DNA of 37,682 nucleotides, from the IMG/VR virus record IMGVR_UViG_2778261545_000003. The stretch is one strand, 5' to 3'. A model generated the notes under the pieces. The model was not told the origin of the DNA. It made no database searches and saw only the letters and a list, made by a program, of their open reading frames with translations. Shown here piece after piece: positions 26,961-37,424 of this stretch (its first letter is position 1; each line of letters begins with the position of its first letter). The DNA is from a virus. Its lineage: Duplodnaviria; Heunggongvirae; Uroviricota; Caudoviricetes. The position numbers and the translations under genes are program-made.

Positions 26961-27538
26961 ATGATCATGCTTATTGGCTATGTACGCGTGTCAACAAATG
27001 ACCAGAACACCGATTTGCAACGTAATGCACTGAACTGCGCGGGATGTGAGCGGATTTTTGAGGACAAAATCAGTGGTACTAAGTCCGACAGACCGGGGCT
27101 TAAAAAACTGCTCAGGACACTATCGGCAGGTGACACACTGGTTGTCTGGAAGCTGGACAGGTTGGGGCGCAGTATGCGGCATCTTGTTACTCTGATAGAA
27201 GAGTTGCGCCAGCGCGGCGTGAATTTCAGAAGTCTGACTGACAGTATTGATACCAGTACCCCAATGGGCCGTTTCTTTTTTCATGTCATGGGTGCCCTGG
27301 CTGAAATGGAACGCGAACTGATAGTTGAACGTACCAGGGCAGGGCAGGGCTGGCTGCAGCTCGTGCTAAAGGCAGAGTAGGTGGACGCCGTCCTAAGTTG
27401 ACTACCGAACAGTGGGCACAGATTGGACGTTTACTCGAGGCCGGAGAATCAAGACAGCGTATTGCACTGATTTTTGATGTGGGCGTTTCTACCATTTATA
27501 GAAAATTTCCGGCGAATGAGAACAATGAATCGCCCTGA
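26961..27538 (+). pseudogene. Gin/Hin/Pin-family serine DNA invertase, frameshifted
   Basis: N-terminal 130 aa match the serine-recombinase catalytic domain (MLIGYVRVSTNDQ...LVVWKLDRLGRS); three tandem AGGGC copies at 27336..27350 where two would give ...ERTRAGLAAARAKGRVGGRRPKLT...; as read the frame stops at 27380 and the HTH domain is in another frame to 27538. Confidence 0.75.
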
Positions 27539-27586
27539 GTCAGCATTATTTTGATTTTTCCTGTAAGCGGACAAATACCGTTATTT

Positions 27587-27604
27587 TGTGTGAATAACGA
27601 CACA
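27587..27604 (+). promoter_or_regulatory. P2-type late promoter activator site (TGT-N12-ACA) upstream of FI
   Basis: TGTgtgaataacgacACA, about 77 bp upstream of the FI start. Confidence 0.55.
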
Positions 27605-27680
27605 ACTGCGCTTAGCTGTTTGTCAGGCACAATCACTTCAACATAGGGCGAAGCCTAATCCAATCAGGAGGTTCGCCACT

Positions 27681-28853
27681 ATGGCTCAGGATTACCACCA
27701 CGGAGTGCGCGTTGTTGAAGTCAACGAAGGCACCCGATCCATTACCACGGTGAGCACCGCCATCGTGGGTATGGTCTGCACGGGCGATGATGCCGATGCA
27801 AAAATGTTTCCTCTTAATAAACCCGTGCTGATCACTGATGTGCTGACTGCCAGCGGTAAAGCGGGTGAGTCCGGCACGCTGGCCCGTTCGCTGGATGCCA
27901 TCGCTGACCAGGCAAAACCCGTGACCGTTGTTGTGCGTGTGCCGCAGGGGGAAACGGAAGAAGAAACCACGACCAATATCATCGGCGCAGTGACCGCTGA
28001 AGGTAAAAAAACAGGCATGAAAGCCCTGTTATCTGCCCAGTCACAGCTCGGCGTTAAACCGCGCATTCTCGGCGTGCCAGGTCACGACACGAAGACGGTA
28101 GCTACTGAGTTGCTGAGCGTGGCGCAAAGCCTGCGTGGATTTGCTTACCTGTCAGCGTATGGTTGCAAGACGGTGCAGGAAGCAATCACTTACCGTGAAA
28201 ACTTCAGTCAGCGTGAAGGAATGCTGATCTGGCCCGACTTTACTGGCTGGGACACGGTGCTGAATGCCGAAGCAACGGCTTATGCCACCGCCCGTGCGCT
28301 TGGTCTGCGCGCCAAAATTGACGAGCAGACCGGATGGCACAAAAGCCTGTCCAACGTGGGCGTTAACGGTGTCACCGGAATTTCTGCTGATGTGTTCTGG
28401 GATCTGCAGGACCCGGCAACCGATGCGGGACTGCTGAACCAGAACGACGTCACCACCCTTATCCGCAAAGACGGTTTTCGCTTCTGGGGTTCCCGCTGCC
28501 TGAGTGATGACCCGCTCTTTGCCTTCGAAAACTACACCCGCACGGCGCAGGTGCTGACGGACACGATGGCAGAAGCGCACATGTGGGCGGTGGATAAACC
28601 GCTGAATCCGTCGCTGGCCCGCGACATTATCGAGGGTATCCGCGCCAAAATGCGCAGCCTGGTCAGTCAGGGCTATCTCATTGGTGGTGATTGCTGGCTG
28701 GATGAGTCGGTGAACGACAAAGACACGCTGAAAGCCGGAAAACTCACCATCGACTACGACTACACGCCAGTGCCGCCACTTGAAAACCTGATGCTGCGTC
28801 AGCGCATCACCGATCAGTACCTGGTGAATTTCTCCAGCCAGGTCAGCGCGTAA
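27681..28853 (+). CDS. FI: Tail sheath protein
   Basis: 390-aa ORF, P2 gpFI-like. Confidence 0.85.
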   Translation: MAQDYHHGVRVVEVNEGTRSITTVSTAIVGMVCTGDDADAKMFPLNKPVLITDVLTASGKAGESGTLARSLDAIADQAKPVTVVVRVPQGETEEETTTNIIGAVTAEGKKTGMKALLSAQSQLGVKPRILGVPGHDTKTVATELLSVAQSLRGFAYLSAYGCKTVQEAITYRENFSQREGMLIWPDFTGWDTVLNAEATAYATARALGLRAKIDEQTGWHKSLSNVGVNGVTGISADVFWDLQDPATDAGLLNQNDVTTLIRKDGFRFWGSRCLSDDPLFAFENYTRTAQVLTDTMAEAHMWAVDKPLNPSLARDIIEGIRAKMRSLVSQGYLIGGDCWLDESVNDKDTLKAGKLTIDYDYTPVPPLENLMLRQRITDQYLVNFSSQVSA

Positions 28854-28862
28854 GGGGACAAC

Positions 28863-29378
28863 ATGGCTTTACCACGCAAATTAAAACACCTGAACCTGTT
28901 TAATGACGGGAACAACTGGCAGGGGATCGTTGAGTCGCTGACGCTGCCGAAATTTACCCGCAAATATGAGAAGTATCGCGGCGGCGGAATGCCGGGTGCA
29001 GTGGATGTGGATCTGGGGCTGGATGACGGCGCACTGGATACGGAATTTTCCATTGGTGGTACTGAACTGCTGCTGTTTAAGCAGATGGGCAAAGCCACGG
29101 TGGATGGTATCCAGTTGCGCTTTACCGGCTCTATCCAGCGTGACGATACCGGGGAAGTGCAGGCCGTGGAGCTTGTGGTGCGTGGACGTCACAAAGAAGT
29201 GGATTCCGGCGAGTGGAAGACGGGCGAAAGCAACACCACCAAAGTGACCAGTACCAACAGCTACGCGAAGCTGACTATAAATGGTGAGGTGCTCTATGAA
29301 GTGGACCTTATCAACATGGTGGAAATTGTGGACGGTGTGGACCTGATGGAAGCGCACCGCAACGCCCTCGGCCTCTGA
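28863..29378 (+). CDS. FII: Tail tube protein
   Basis: 171-aa ORF after the sheath gene. Confidence 0.85.
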   Translation: MALPRKLKHLNLFNDGNNWQGIVESLTLPKFTRKYEKYRGGGMPGAVDVDLGLDDGALDTEFSIGGTELLLFKQMGKATVDGIQLRFTGSIQRDDTGEVQAVELVVRGRHKEVDSGEWKTGESNTTKVTSTNSYAKLTINGEVLYEVDLINMVEIVDGVDLMEAHRNALGL

Positions 29379-29432
29379 TGTATCTGAACGGCGCGGGATA
29401 CCGCGCCAGAACCCAATTTACAGGACAGCAAA

Positions 29433-29735
29433 ATGAGCGATAAGCAGACTGAAAAGACTATTCAACTGGATACCCCCATCAAGCGCGGTAAAACAGAAAT
29501 CACCGAAATTGTGCTGCGTAAACCGCAGTCCGGTGCGCTGCGCGGTACACGCCTGCAGGCCATTATGGATATGGATGTGAACGCGATGATGACCGTGATC
29601 CCCCGCATCTCCAGTCCGGCACTGACTGCACAGGAAATTGCAGAGATGGACCCGGCAGATCTCACTGCCATGTCGGTTGAGGTTGTCACTTTTTTGTTGA
29701 AGAAGTCGGTGCTTGCCGGTTTACCGACAGCCTGA
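29433..29735 (+). CDS. E: Tail assembly chaperone E (zero-frame product)
   Basis: 100-aa ORF before the tape measure gene containing a slippery heptamer. Confidence 0.8.
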   Translation: MSDKQTEKTIQLDTPIKRGKTEITEIVLRKPQSGALRGTRLQAIMDMDVNAMMTVIPRISSPALTAQEIAEMDPADLTAMSVEVVTFLLKKSVLAGLPTA

Positions 29736-29869
29736 CGGTTGACGATCTGGTGGCTGATATCGCCACCATCTTTCACTGGCCGCCATCCGTTACTGACGTT
29801 ATGCCGCTGACCGAAGTGCTGGAATGGCGGTATAAAGCGATTCAGAGAAGCGGGGCCAACGATGAGTGA
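29433..29869 (+). CDS. E': Tail assembly chaperone E+E' (programmed -1 frameshift product)
   Basis: Slippery T_TTT_TTG at 29708..29714 in the E frame; the -1 frame stays open to TGA at 29867..29869, overlapping the T start; extension reads ...FFVEEVGACRFTDSLTVDDLVADIATIFHWPPSVTDVMPLTEVLEWRYKAIQRSGANDE. Confidence 0.7.
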
Positions 29870-32800
29870 TAATAACCTGCGCCTGCAGGTCATTCTTAAT
29901 GCGGTTGACAAACTCACCCGCCCATTCCGTGCTGCACAGGCCAGTTCGAAAGAGCTGGCTGGCGCAATTCAGAATACCCGAAACAGCCTCAAAGAACTGA
30001 ATAAGCAGGCTGGCAGAATTGATGAATTTCGCAAGACGCGCTCGCAACTAGCCATAACAGCCAACAACCTGAACGCAGCCCGCGAAGAGGCGGCAAAACT
30101 CGCCACACAATTTGCTGCCACTAACAGGCCAACCGCCGCGCAGGCAAAGTTATTCAGTCAGGCCAAAACACGAGTACAGGAACTTCAGCAGACCTATAAC
30201 GGCTTGTTGGGGGCGGTCCAGAGACAACGTCAGGCACTTAAAGAATCAGGGATTGATACCAGACAACTCAGTAGTGCCCAGCGAGAACTTAAGAAAAATG
30301 CCGAAGAAACTCGTCAGGCACTGGAGGGCCAGCAAAAAGCACTTAAACGTCTGGGTGAACAACAGGCACGGATGAACGCTGCCAGAGAACAATACTCAAG
30401 ACGGCTTGAAGTGCGCGATCGCATCGCAGGAGCCGGAGCCACTACCACGGCTGCAGGGCTGGCAATGGGCGCGCCAGTGATGGCGGCGGTAAAAAGCTAT
30501 ACCAGCATGGAAGATGCCATGAAAGGTGTGGCAAAGCAGGTCAATGGTCTGCGTGACGATAATGGCAACCGCACTGCGCGTTTTTACGAAATGCAGGATG
30601 CCATCAAAGCTGCCAGTGAACAGCTGCCAATGGAAAACGGTGCTGTGGACTTCGCCGCACTGGTTGAAGGTGGTGCGCGCATGAATGTGGCAAACCCTGA
30701 CGACAGCTGGGAGGACCAGAAACGTGACCTGCTGGCCTTCGCCAGTACGGCAGCAAAGGCGGCAACAGCCTTTGAGCTGCCAGCGGATGAACTGTCAGAA
30801 AGTCTGGGGAAAATCGCCCAGCTCTACAAAATACCAACCCGCAATATTGAACAGCTCGGTGATGCGCTGAACTATCTGGATGATAACGCTATGTCGAAAG
30901 GGGCAGACATCATTGATGTCATGCAACGCCTGGGCGGTGTGGCTGATCGTCTGGATTATCGTAAAGCGGCGGCGCTGGGTTCCACCTTCCTGACACTGGG
31001 TGCTGCGCCGGAGGTCGCTGCCAGTGCTGCCAACGCGATGGTGCGTGAATTGTCCATTGCGACCATGCAAAGCAAGAGTTTCTTTGAAGGAATGAATCTG
31101 CTGAAACTCAATCCTGAAGTGATTGAAAAGCAGATGACGAAGGATGCGATGGGAACTATCCAGCGCGTACTGGAGAAGGTGAACGCACTGCCGCAGGATA
31201 AGCGCCTGTCTGCCATGACCATGTTGTTTGGTAAAGAGTTTGGCGATGATGCGGCGAAACTGGCAAACAACCTGCCGGAACTGCAGCGCCAGCTAAAACT
31301 GACAGCGGGCAATGATGCGCTCGGTTCGATGCAGAAAGAATCCGACATTAACAAGGACTCACTTTCTGCGCAGTGGTTGCTGGTCAAAACCGGAGCGCAG
31401 AACACCTTCAGCAGCCTGGGCGAAACGCTGCGCCAGCCGCTGATGGATATTCTGTACACGGTGAAAAGCATCACGGGGGCGTTGCGCCGCTGGGTGGAAG
31501 CTAACCCGGAACTGACAGGCACACTGATGAAAGTAGCCGCTGTGGTGGCTGCGGTTACCGTAGGCCTCGGCACCTTAGCGGTGGCGCTGGCTGCAGTGCT
31601 GGGGCCGCTGGCAGTGATCCGTCTGGGATTCTCTGTGCTGGGTATCAAAACGTTACCTTCCGTTACGGCAGCAGTAACTCGAACCAGCAGCGCGTTGTCC
31701 TGGCTGGCTGGCGCACCACTGGCACTGCTGCGACGCGGGCTTGCTTCATCGGGCAACGCCGCAGGTTTACTTACTGCGCCGTTGTCGTCTTTGCGCCGCA
31801 CGGCATCACTGACGGGAAATGTCCTGAAAACTGTAGCAGGTGCGCCGGTTGCACTTTTGCGGTCTGGATTATCCGGTTTACGTGCTGTTGCTGCGATGTT
31901 TATGAATCCTCTGGCGGTACTGCGCGGTGGACTGGTCGCCGCAGGCACGGTGCTGCGAGTACTGGCATCTGGTCCACTGGCGATGCTGCGCGTTGCGCTG
32001 TATGCCGTATCTGGTCTGTTAGGTGCTCTGCTCAGTCCGATAGGTCTTGTGGTTACTGCACTGACGGGTGTGGCGCTGGTTGTCTGGAAATACTGGCAAC
32101 CCATCACCGCATTTCTCGGTGGCGTGGTGGAAGGATTCAAAGCGTCGGCAGGTCCCATCAGTGCTGCATTCGAACCACTTAAGCCTGTGTTTCAGTGGAT
32201 TGGCGACAAAGTGCAGGCGTTGTGGGGTTGGTTTACTGATCTGCTGACGCCTGTTAAGTCGACCTCTGCTGAACTGCAGAGCGCAGCGGCAATGGGGCGC
32301 CGATTCGGGGAGGCTCTGGCGGAGGGGCTGAATATGGTCATGCATCCGCTGGACTCCCTGAAATCCGGTGTTTCCTGGTTGCTGGATAAACTCGGCATTG
32401 TCAGTAAAGAAGCTGCAAAGGCGAAACTGCCGGAAAGCGTGACGCGTCAGCAACCTGCGACGGTGAATGCAGACGGTAAAGTGATGATGCCATCGGGTGG
32501 TTTTCCATCATGGGGATATGGCTTTGCGGGGATGTATGACAGCGGCGGCTATATCCCGCGCGGGCAGTTTGGCATCGTCGGTGAAAACGGGCCGGAAATT
32601 GTTAACGGCCCGGCAAATGTGACCAGCCGGAGAAATACAGCTGCACTGGCTGCCATTGTTGCCGGAATGATGGGCGTTGCTGCCGCGCCTGCAGAGCTTC
32701 CACCGTTGCATCCTTTGGCGCTTCCCGCGAAAGGTGGTGAAGCGATGATGAGTCGCGCAGCCACTGTGCCGCCAGTTCAACGGATTGAGGCACCGACGCA

Positions 32801-32939
32801 GATCATCATCCAGACGCAGCCAGGACAAAGTGCTCAGGATATTGCGCGGGAGGTGGCACGCCAGCTTGATGAACGTGAACGCAGGCTGAAGGCAAAAGCC
32901 AGGAGTAACTACAGCGATCAGGGGGGATACGACGCATGA
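29862..32939 (+). CDS. T: Tail tape measure protein
   Basis: 1025-aa ORF, coiled-coil N-terminus, Ala/Gly-rich hydrophobic central region. Confidence 0.85.
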   Translation: MSDNNLRLQVILNAVDKLTRPFRAAQASSKELAGAIQNTRNSLKELNKQAGRIDEFRKTRSQLAITANNLNAAREEAAKLATQFAATNRPTAAQAKLFSQAKTRVQELQQTYNGLLGAVQRQRQALKESGIDTRQLSSAQRELKKNAEETRQALEGQQKALKRLGEQQARMNAAREQYSRRLEVRDRIAGAGATTTAAGLAMGAPVMAAVKSYTSMEDAMKGVAKQVNGLRDDNGNRTARFYEMQDAIKAASEQLPMENGAVDFAALVEGGARMNVANPDDSWEDQKRDLLAFASTAAKAATAFELPADELSESLGKIAQLYKIPTRNIEQLGDALNYLDDNAMSKGADIIDVMQRLGGVADRLDYRKAAALGSTFLTLGAAPEVAASAANAMVRELSIATMQSKSFFEGMNLLKLNPEVIEKQMTKDAMGTIQRVLEKVNALPQDKRLSAMTMLFGKEFGDDAAKLANNLPELQRQLKLTAGNDALGSMQKESDINKDSLSAQWLLVKTGAQNTFSSLGETLRQPLMDILYTVKSITGALRRWVEANPELTGTLMKVAAVVAAVTVGLGTLAVALAAVLGPLAVIRLGFSVLGIKTLPSVTAAVTRTSSALSWLAGAPLALLRRGLASSGNAAGLLTAPLSSLRRTASLTGNVLKTVAGAPVALLRSGLSGLRAVAAMFMNPLAVLRGGLVAAGTVLRVLASGPLAMLRVALYAVSGLLGALLSPIGLVVTALTGVALVVWKYWQPITAFLGGVVEGFKASAGPISAAFEPLKPVFQWIGDKVQALWGWFTDLLTPVKSTSAELQSAAAMGRRFGEALAEGLNMVMHPLDSLKSGVSWLLDKLGIVSKEAAKAKLPESVTRQQPATVNADGKVMMPSGGFPSWGYGFAGMYDSGGYIPRGQFGIVGENGPEIVNGPANVTSRRNTAALAAIVAGMMGVAAAPAELPPLHPLALPAKGGEAMMSRAATVPPVQRIEAPTQIIIQTQPGQSAQDIAREVARQLDERERRLKAKARSNYSDQGGYDA

Positions 32940-33421
32940 TGATGGTGCTGGGATTGTACGTGTTTATGCTGCGCACCGTTCCGTATCAGGAACTGCAGTA
33001 TCAACGCAGCTGGCGACATGCGGCAAACAGCCGGGTAAACCGACGTCCGTCCACGCAGTTTCTGGGACCGGACAACGACATGCTGACGCTTTCCGGTGTT
33101 CTTATGCCGGAGATAACAGGTGGCAGGCTGTCGTTGCTGGCACTGGAGCAGATGGCAGAACAGGGGAAAGCATGGCCTCTGATTGAAGGCAGCGGCACGA
33201 TTTACGGCATGTATGTGATTGAGGGACTGAATCAGACTAAAACGGAGTTTTTCCGCGACGGTATGCCGCGCCGGATTGAGTTCACCCTGTCGCTCAAACG
33301 GGTGGATGAATCCCTGTCCGATATGTTCGGTGATCTCAGTGCGCAGCTGAATAATCTGCAGGACACGGCAACATCTGCGTTAAGCGATATCAGTAAAACG
33401 GTGGGAGGGCTGCTGTCGTGA
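32936..33421 (+). CDS. U: Tail protein U
   Basis: 161-aa ORF, P2 gpU position. Confidence 0.8.
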   Translation: MMMVLGLYVFMLRTVPYQELQYQRSWRHAANSRVNRRPSTQFLGPDNDMLTLSGVLMPEITGGRLSLLALEQMAEQGKAWPLIEGSGTIYGMYVIEGLNQTKTEFFRDGMPRRIEFTLSLKRVDESLSDMFGDLSAQLNNLQDTATSALSDISKTVGGLLS

Positions 33422-34518
33422 ATTTCAGCTCTGAACTGCTTAACAAAGGCAACAAAACTCCGGCATTCAGCATCAGTATTGAAGGCAGGGATATCACCAC
33501 TGTGCTGGACAACTGCCTGATGGGGCTGACGCTGACGGATAACCGGGGCTTTGAAGCAGACCAGCTTGATCTGGAACTGGACGACGCCGACGGAAAAATC
33601 GTGCTGCCGCGTCGTGGTGCGGTTATTACGCTGGCGCTGGGCTGGAAAGGGCAGCCGCTTTTCCCGAAAGGGGCATTCACGGTGGACGAGATTGAACACA
33701 CTGGCGCACCGGATCGCCTGACTATCCGGGCGCGAAGTGCTGATTTTAGGGAAACGCTGAATACCCGCCGTGAAAAATCGTGGCATAACACCACTGTCGG
33801 GGAAGTGGTGAAGGAAATAGCCGCGCGTCACAAGCTGAAGATGGCACTGGGTAAAGACCTGTCGGATAAGCCCGTGGAACATATAGACCAGACTAATGAG
33901 AGTGACGGCAGTTTTCTGATGCGGCTGGCGCGCCAGTACGGTGCCATCGCGTCGGTTAAAAATGGCAATCTGTTATTCATCCGGCAGGGACAGGGTAAAA
34001 GCGCCAGCGGTAAACCACTACCGGTTATCACTATCACACGTAAGGACGGCGACAGTCACCGCTTTACCCTGGCAGATCGCGGAGCCTACACGGGCGTAAT
34101 TGCCAGCTGGTTGCATACCCGCGAACCCGCGAAGAAAGAAAGCACCACGGTGAAGCGTAAGCGCAGGACTAAGAAGCAGAAGAAAGAGCCGGAAGCGAAG
34201 CAGGGCGATTACCTGGTGGGTACGGATGAAAACGTGCTGGTACTTAATCGCACTTATGCCAACCGGAGCAACGCCGAACGAGCGGCGAAAATGCAGTGGG
34301 AACGCCTGCAACGCGGCGTTGCGTCATTTTCGCTACAACTGGCAGAAGGGCGGGCAGATCTCTACACGGAAATGCCTGTGAAGGTCAGTGGTTTTAAACA
34401 GCCGATAGATGATGCGGAATGGACCATTACGACTCTGACGCATACCGTCAGCCCGGATAACGGTTTTACGACCAGTCTGGAGCTTGAAGTGAGGATTGAT
34501 GATTTCGAAATGGAATGA
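33418..34518 (+). CDS. D: Tail protein D
   Basis: 366-aa ORF, P2 gpD position. Confidence 0.8.
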   Translation: MNFSSELLNKGNKTPAFSISIEGRDITTVLDNCLMGLTLTDNRGFEADQLDLELDDADGKIVLPRRGAVITLALGWKGQPLFPKGAFTVDEIEHTGAPDRLTIRARSADFRETLNTRREKSWHNTTVGEVVKEIAARHKLKMALGKDLSDKPVEHIDQTNESDGSFLMRLARQYGAIASVKNGNLLFIRQGQGKSASGKPLPVITITRKDGDSHRFTLADRGAYTGVIASWLHTREPAKKESTTVKRKRRTKKQKKEPEAKQGDYLVGTDENVLVLNRTYANRSNAERAAKMQWERLQRGVASFSLQLAEGRADLYTEMPVKVSGFKQPIDDAEWTITTLTHTVSPDNGFTTSLELEVRIDDFEME

Positions 34519-34608
34519 TTCTTCGCAATGGAGAACTTTTAAGTTTGCAAAATGGAATAATGCGGTATCATTATTGTGAATTTAGCAAAAATGGGGAGGA
34601 CTCGAAAA

Positions 34609-34827
34609 ATGATGATTTGCCCACTGTGTGGAAGTGCCGCCCATACTCGCAGCAGTTTTCAGGTATCTTCATTGACCAAAGAGCGTTACAACCAGTGCCA
34701 GAACATTAACTGCAGCCATACTTTTGTTACCCATGAAACTTTTGTTCGTTCGATTGCAACGCCAAAAGAGTCAAATCCGGTTCAGCCGCATCCAATGAAA
34801 TCAGGACAGGTGGCGCTCTCTCTTTGA
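34609..34827 (+). CDS. ogr: Late gene transcriptional activator Ogr (zinc finger)
   Basis: 72 aa from ATG 34609 (SD GGGGAGGA): MMICPLCGSAAHTRSS...KERYNQCQNINCSHTFVTHE, Cys4 pattern as in P2 Ogr; last prophage gene. Confidence 0.85.
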   Translation: MMICPLCGSAAHTRSSFQVSSLTKERYNQCQNINCSHTFVTHETFVRSIATPKESNPVQPHPMKSGQVALSL

Positions 34828-34912
34828 CGCTGCCGCCATTTTGTCGCCATCGTTAAAAAACAGTGCTTCTAACATCATGATTTTAAACAGCTTAAATTTC
34901 AGGCAACAAAAA

Positions 34913-34950
34913 ACCCATCAACCTTGAACCGAAATGGCGGGGTTGATGGG
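34913..34950 (-). terminator. Stem-loop with T-tract on minus strand, probably the ybjL terminator (host side of the junction)
   Basis: CCCATCAACC-N18-GGTTGATGGG with a T-run (TTTTTTGTTG) following on the minus strand, about 110 nt downstream of the ybjL stop. Confidence 0.45.
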
Positions 34951-35062
34951 CTCCACAAAATGGGGACATCAAAGAAAAGCAGTGGCATTAATTAAGACTG
35001 ATGCCCTGCGGAAAAGTTCTGCGGTTGTGCAAAAAAATTTCATTTTCAGGGCAACTTCAGTT

Positions 35063-36748
35063 TTATCCTAATCCTGGCCATACCATGACGATGATTGTCC
35101 CTGCCAGCGTCAGCAGGACGTTGGCGATTGCGTAGGTGCCCGCATAGCCCAGCGCAGGGATGTTACTGCGAGCTGTATCACTGATGATCTCCATTGCCGG
35201 CGCGCAGGTGCGTGCGCCCATCATTGCGCCGAACAACAGTGCGCGGTTCATTCGCAATACATAAGCACCGAACAAGAAACAGATAACCACGGGCACAAGA
35301 CTGACAATTAATCCGGCAATCAACATCTGACCGCCAATCGCGCCCAGGCCGTTATTAATACCGCTACCGGCGCTCAGACCAACGCCTGCCATAAACACCA
35401 TCAAGCCGAACTCTTTCACCATGCTTAATGCACCTTGCGGAATGTAACCGAAGGTCGGGTGGTTAGCACGCATAAAGCCCAGCATAATTCCGGCGAATAA
35501 CAACCCGGCAGCGTTCCCCATGCCGAAACTGAATGTGCTGAACTGGAAGGTGATCATCCCGATCATCAGCCCAATAACAAAGAAGGCGCAAAATGCCAGC
35601 AGGTCAGTGACCTGGCTGTGAATCGAGATAAAGCCGATGCGATCGGCGATGGTTTTTACGCGACGGGCATCACCGCTGACTTGTAAAACGTCACCTTTGT
35701 TAAGCACGACGTTGTCATCTATCGGCATCTCAATCTGGCTACGAATGACGCGGTTAAGGAAGCAACCGTGATCGGTCAACTTCAGTTGTGCGAGACGTTT
35801 ACCTACAGCGTTATGGTTTTTAACGACCACTTCTTCAGTGACGATACGCATGTCGAGAAGGTCACGATCGAAAACTTCTTTACCGTTACGGAAGCTGGGA
35901 TCGAGTCGGGCATGGGCGTCGGGATAGCCTACCAACGCTATTTCATCGCCCATTTGTAGCACGGCATCACCGTCTGGATTTGCCAGAATCCCGTTACGTC
36001 GAATACGTTCAATGTAGCAGCCGGTTTGTCGATAAATACCCAGTTCACGCAGATTTTTGCCGTCGGTCCAGGCCACCAGCTCCGGGCCGACGCGATAGGC
36101 GCGGATCACCGGTAAATAAACCTTACGGTTGGCATCAGTGTCCAGGCCACGTTCGCGGGCGATTTGCTGGGCGCTGGTCTGTAAGTCCTGATGCTGCAAT
36201 TTCGGCAAGTAACGCGCACCAACAATCAAACTCACCAGACCGATTAAATAGGTTAAGGCATACCCGAGGCTCAGATTATCCAGTGCCAGTGAGAGCTGCC
36301 TGCTTTCCATGCCGGAATGACGCAGTGTATCGCCAGCACCGACCAGAACCGGTGTCGACGTCATAGAGCCTGCTAACATACCGGCCGTCAGGCCAATATC
36401 CCAGCCAAACAGCTTACCTAACCCTAAGGCGATCACCAGCGCACTGCCAACCATCACCAGTGCTAACATTAGGTAATTTTTCCCATCGCGAAAAAAAATG
36501 GAAAAAAAGTTCGGTCCGGCTTCGACCCCGACGCAGAAAATAAACAGCATAAAGCCAAGATTAAGCGCATCGGTGTTAATGCTGAAATGTTGTTGGCCTA
36601 ATAACAGCGATACGACTAAAACGCCAATGGAATTACCCAGTTGGATCGAACCAAGTCGTAACTTTCCGAGACATAGCCCAAGCGCGAGGACCACAAATAA
36701 TAACAGAATGTAATTCCCATTTAACAATTCGGCGACGTTTATATTCAC
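35063..36748 (-). CDS. ybjL: Putative transport protein YbjL (host)
   Basis: 561-aa polytopic membrane protein recognised as E. coli YbjL. Confidence 0.85.
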
Positions 36749-37017
36749 GGAGGCTAACTTCTTGTTTACTAGTAAGCTGTTGAAAGAAATGGTAATTTAC
36801 GATAATGTTTTTTACCAGAATTCAGGGCGCAGATTCATTCAGCGCACCTAAACGATAGTAAAGTAACAATATATTTTACTAGTGTAATCACATTAGGTAT
36901 CAACGGCTATATGAATTGCGTTGGCCTATATTAGCATGGAATGCGAAGCGGCTTTATCTTACTGAACGCCACACTGGCGAAAAATGTGTTCGATAGACGC
37001 AGTGTCAGGAGGAACGA

Positions 37018-37395
37018 GTGAAACATAAACAACGTTGGGCGGGGGCAATCTGCTGTTTTGTCCTCTTCATTGTGGTGTGCCTTTTTCTGGCGACGCACAT
37101 GAAAGGCGCTTTTCGGGCTGCCGGGCATCCTGAAATCGGCTTGCTATTTTTCATTCTTCCTGGAGCAGTCGCCAGCTTCTTTTCACAGCGTAGAGAAGTC
37201 CTGAAACCTCTGTTTGGCGCAATGCTGGCGGCACCCTGTTCGATGCTCATTATGCGGCTGTTTTTTTCACCGACGCGCTCATTCTGGCAAGAGCTGGCAT
37301 GGTTACTAAGCGCGGTGTTCTGGTGTGCGCTGGGGGCACTGTGTTTCTTATTTATCAGTAGTTTGTTTAAACCACAGCACAGAAAAAATCAGTAA
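37018..37395 (+). CDS. ybjM: Inner membrane protein YbjM (host)
   Basis: 125-aa hydrophobic protein adjacent to ybjL and grxA, as in E. coli. Confidence 0.75.
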   Translation: MKHKQRWAGAICCFVLFIVVCLFLATHMKGAFRAAGHPEIGLLFFILPGAVASFFSQRREVLKPLFGAMLAAPCSMLIMRLFFSPTRSFWQELAWLLSAVFWCALGALCFLFISSLFKPQHRKNQ

Positions 37396-37424
37396 AGCCC
37401 TCAACGCGAGGGCTTGTCAGACGA

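Larger units (their letters stand above)
1..34830. mobile_element. P2/186-family prophage (int through ogr); left end (attL) lies beyond window start, right boundary approximate
   Basis: Continuous P2-like gene order int-cI-apl-cII-A-Q-P-O-N-M-L-X-lysis-R-S-V-W-J-I-H-G-FI-FII-E-T-U-D-ogr, followed by host ybjL/ybjM/grxA. Confidence 0.9.

Noticed and set aside
27336-27350. Invertase frameshift as a programmed translational frameshift
   Set aside because: The shift needed is +1/-2 at a GC-rich repeat with no slippery heptamer; a repeat-expansion mutation or sequencing error is the simpler explanation.
30956-32158. 400-aa minus-strand ORF antisense to the tape measure gene
   Set aside because: Ala/Pro/Ser/Thr-rich low-complexity translation typical of an antisense frame in GC-rich coding DNA; fully nested in a well-supported gene.
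34913-34950. 10-bp inverted repeat as the phage attachment core
   Set aside because: The T-tract follows on the minus strand downstream of ybjL, so a host terminator fits better; the att core cannot be confirmed without attL.
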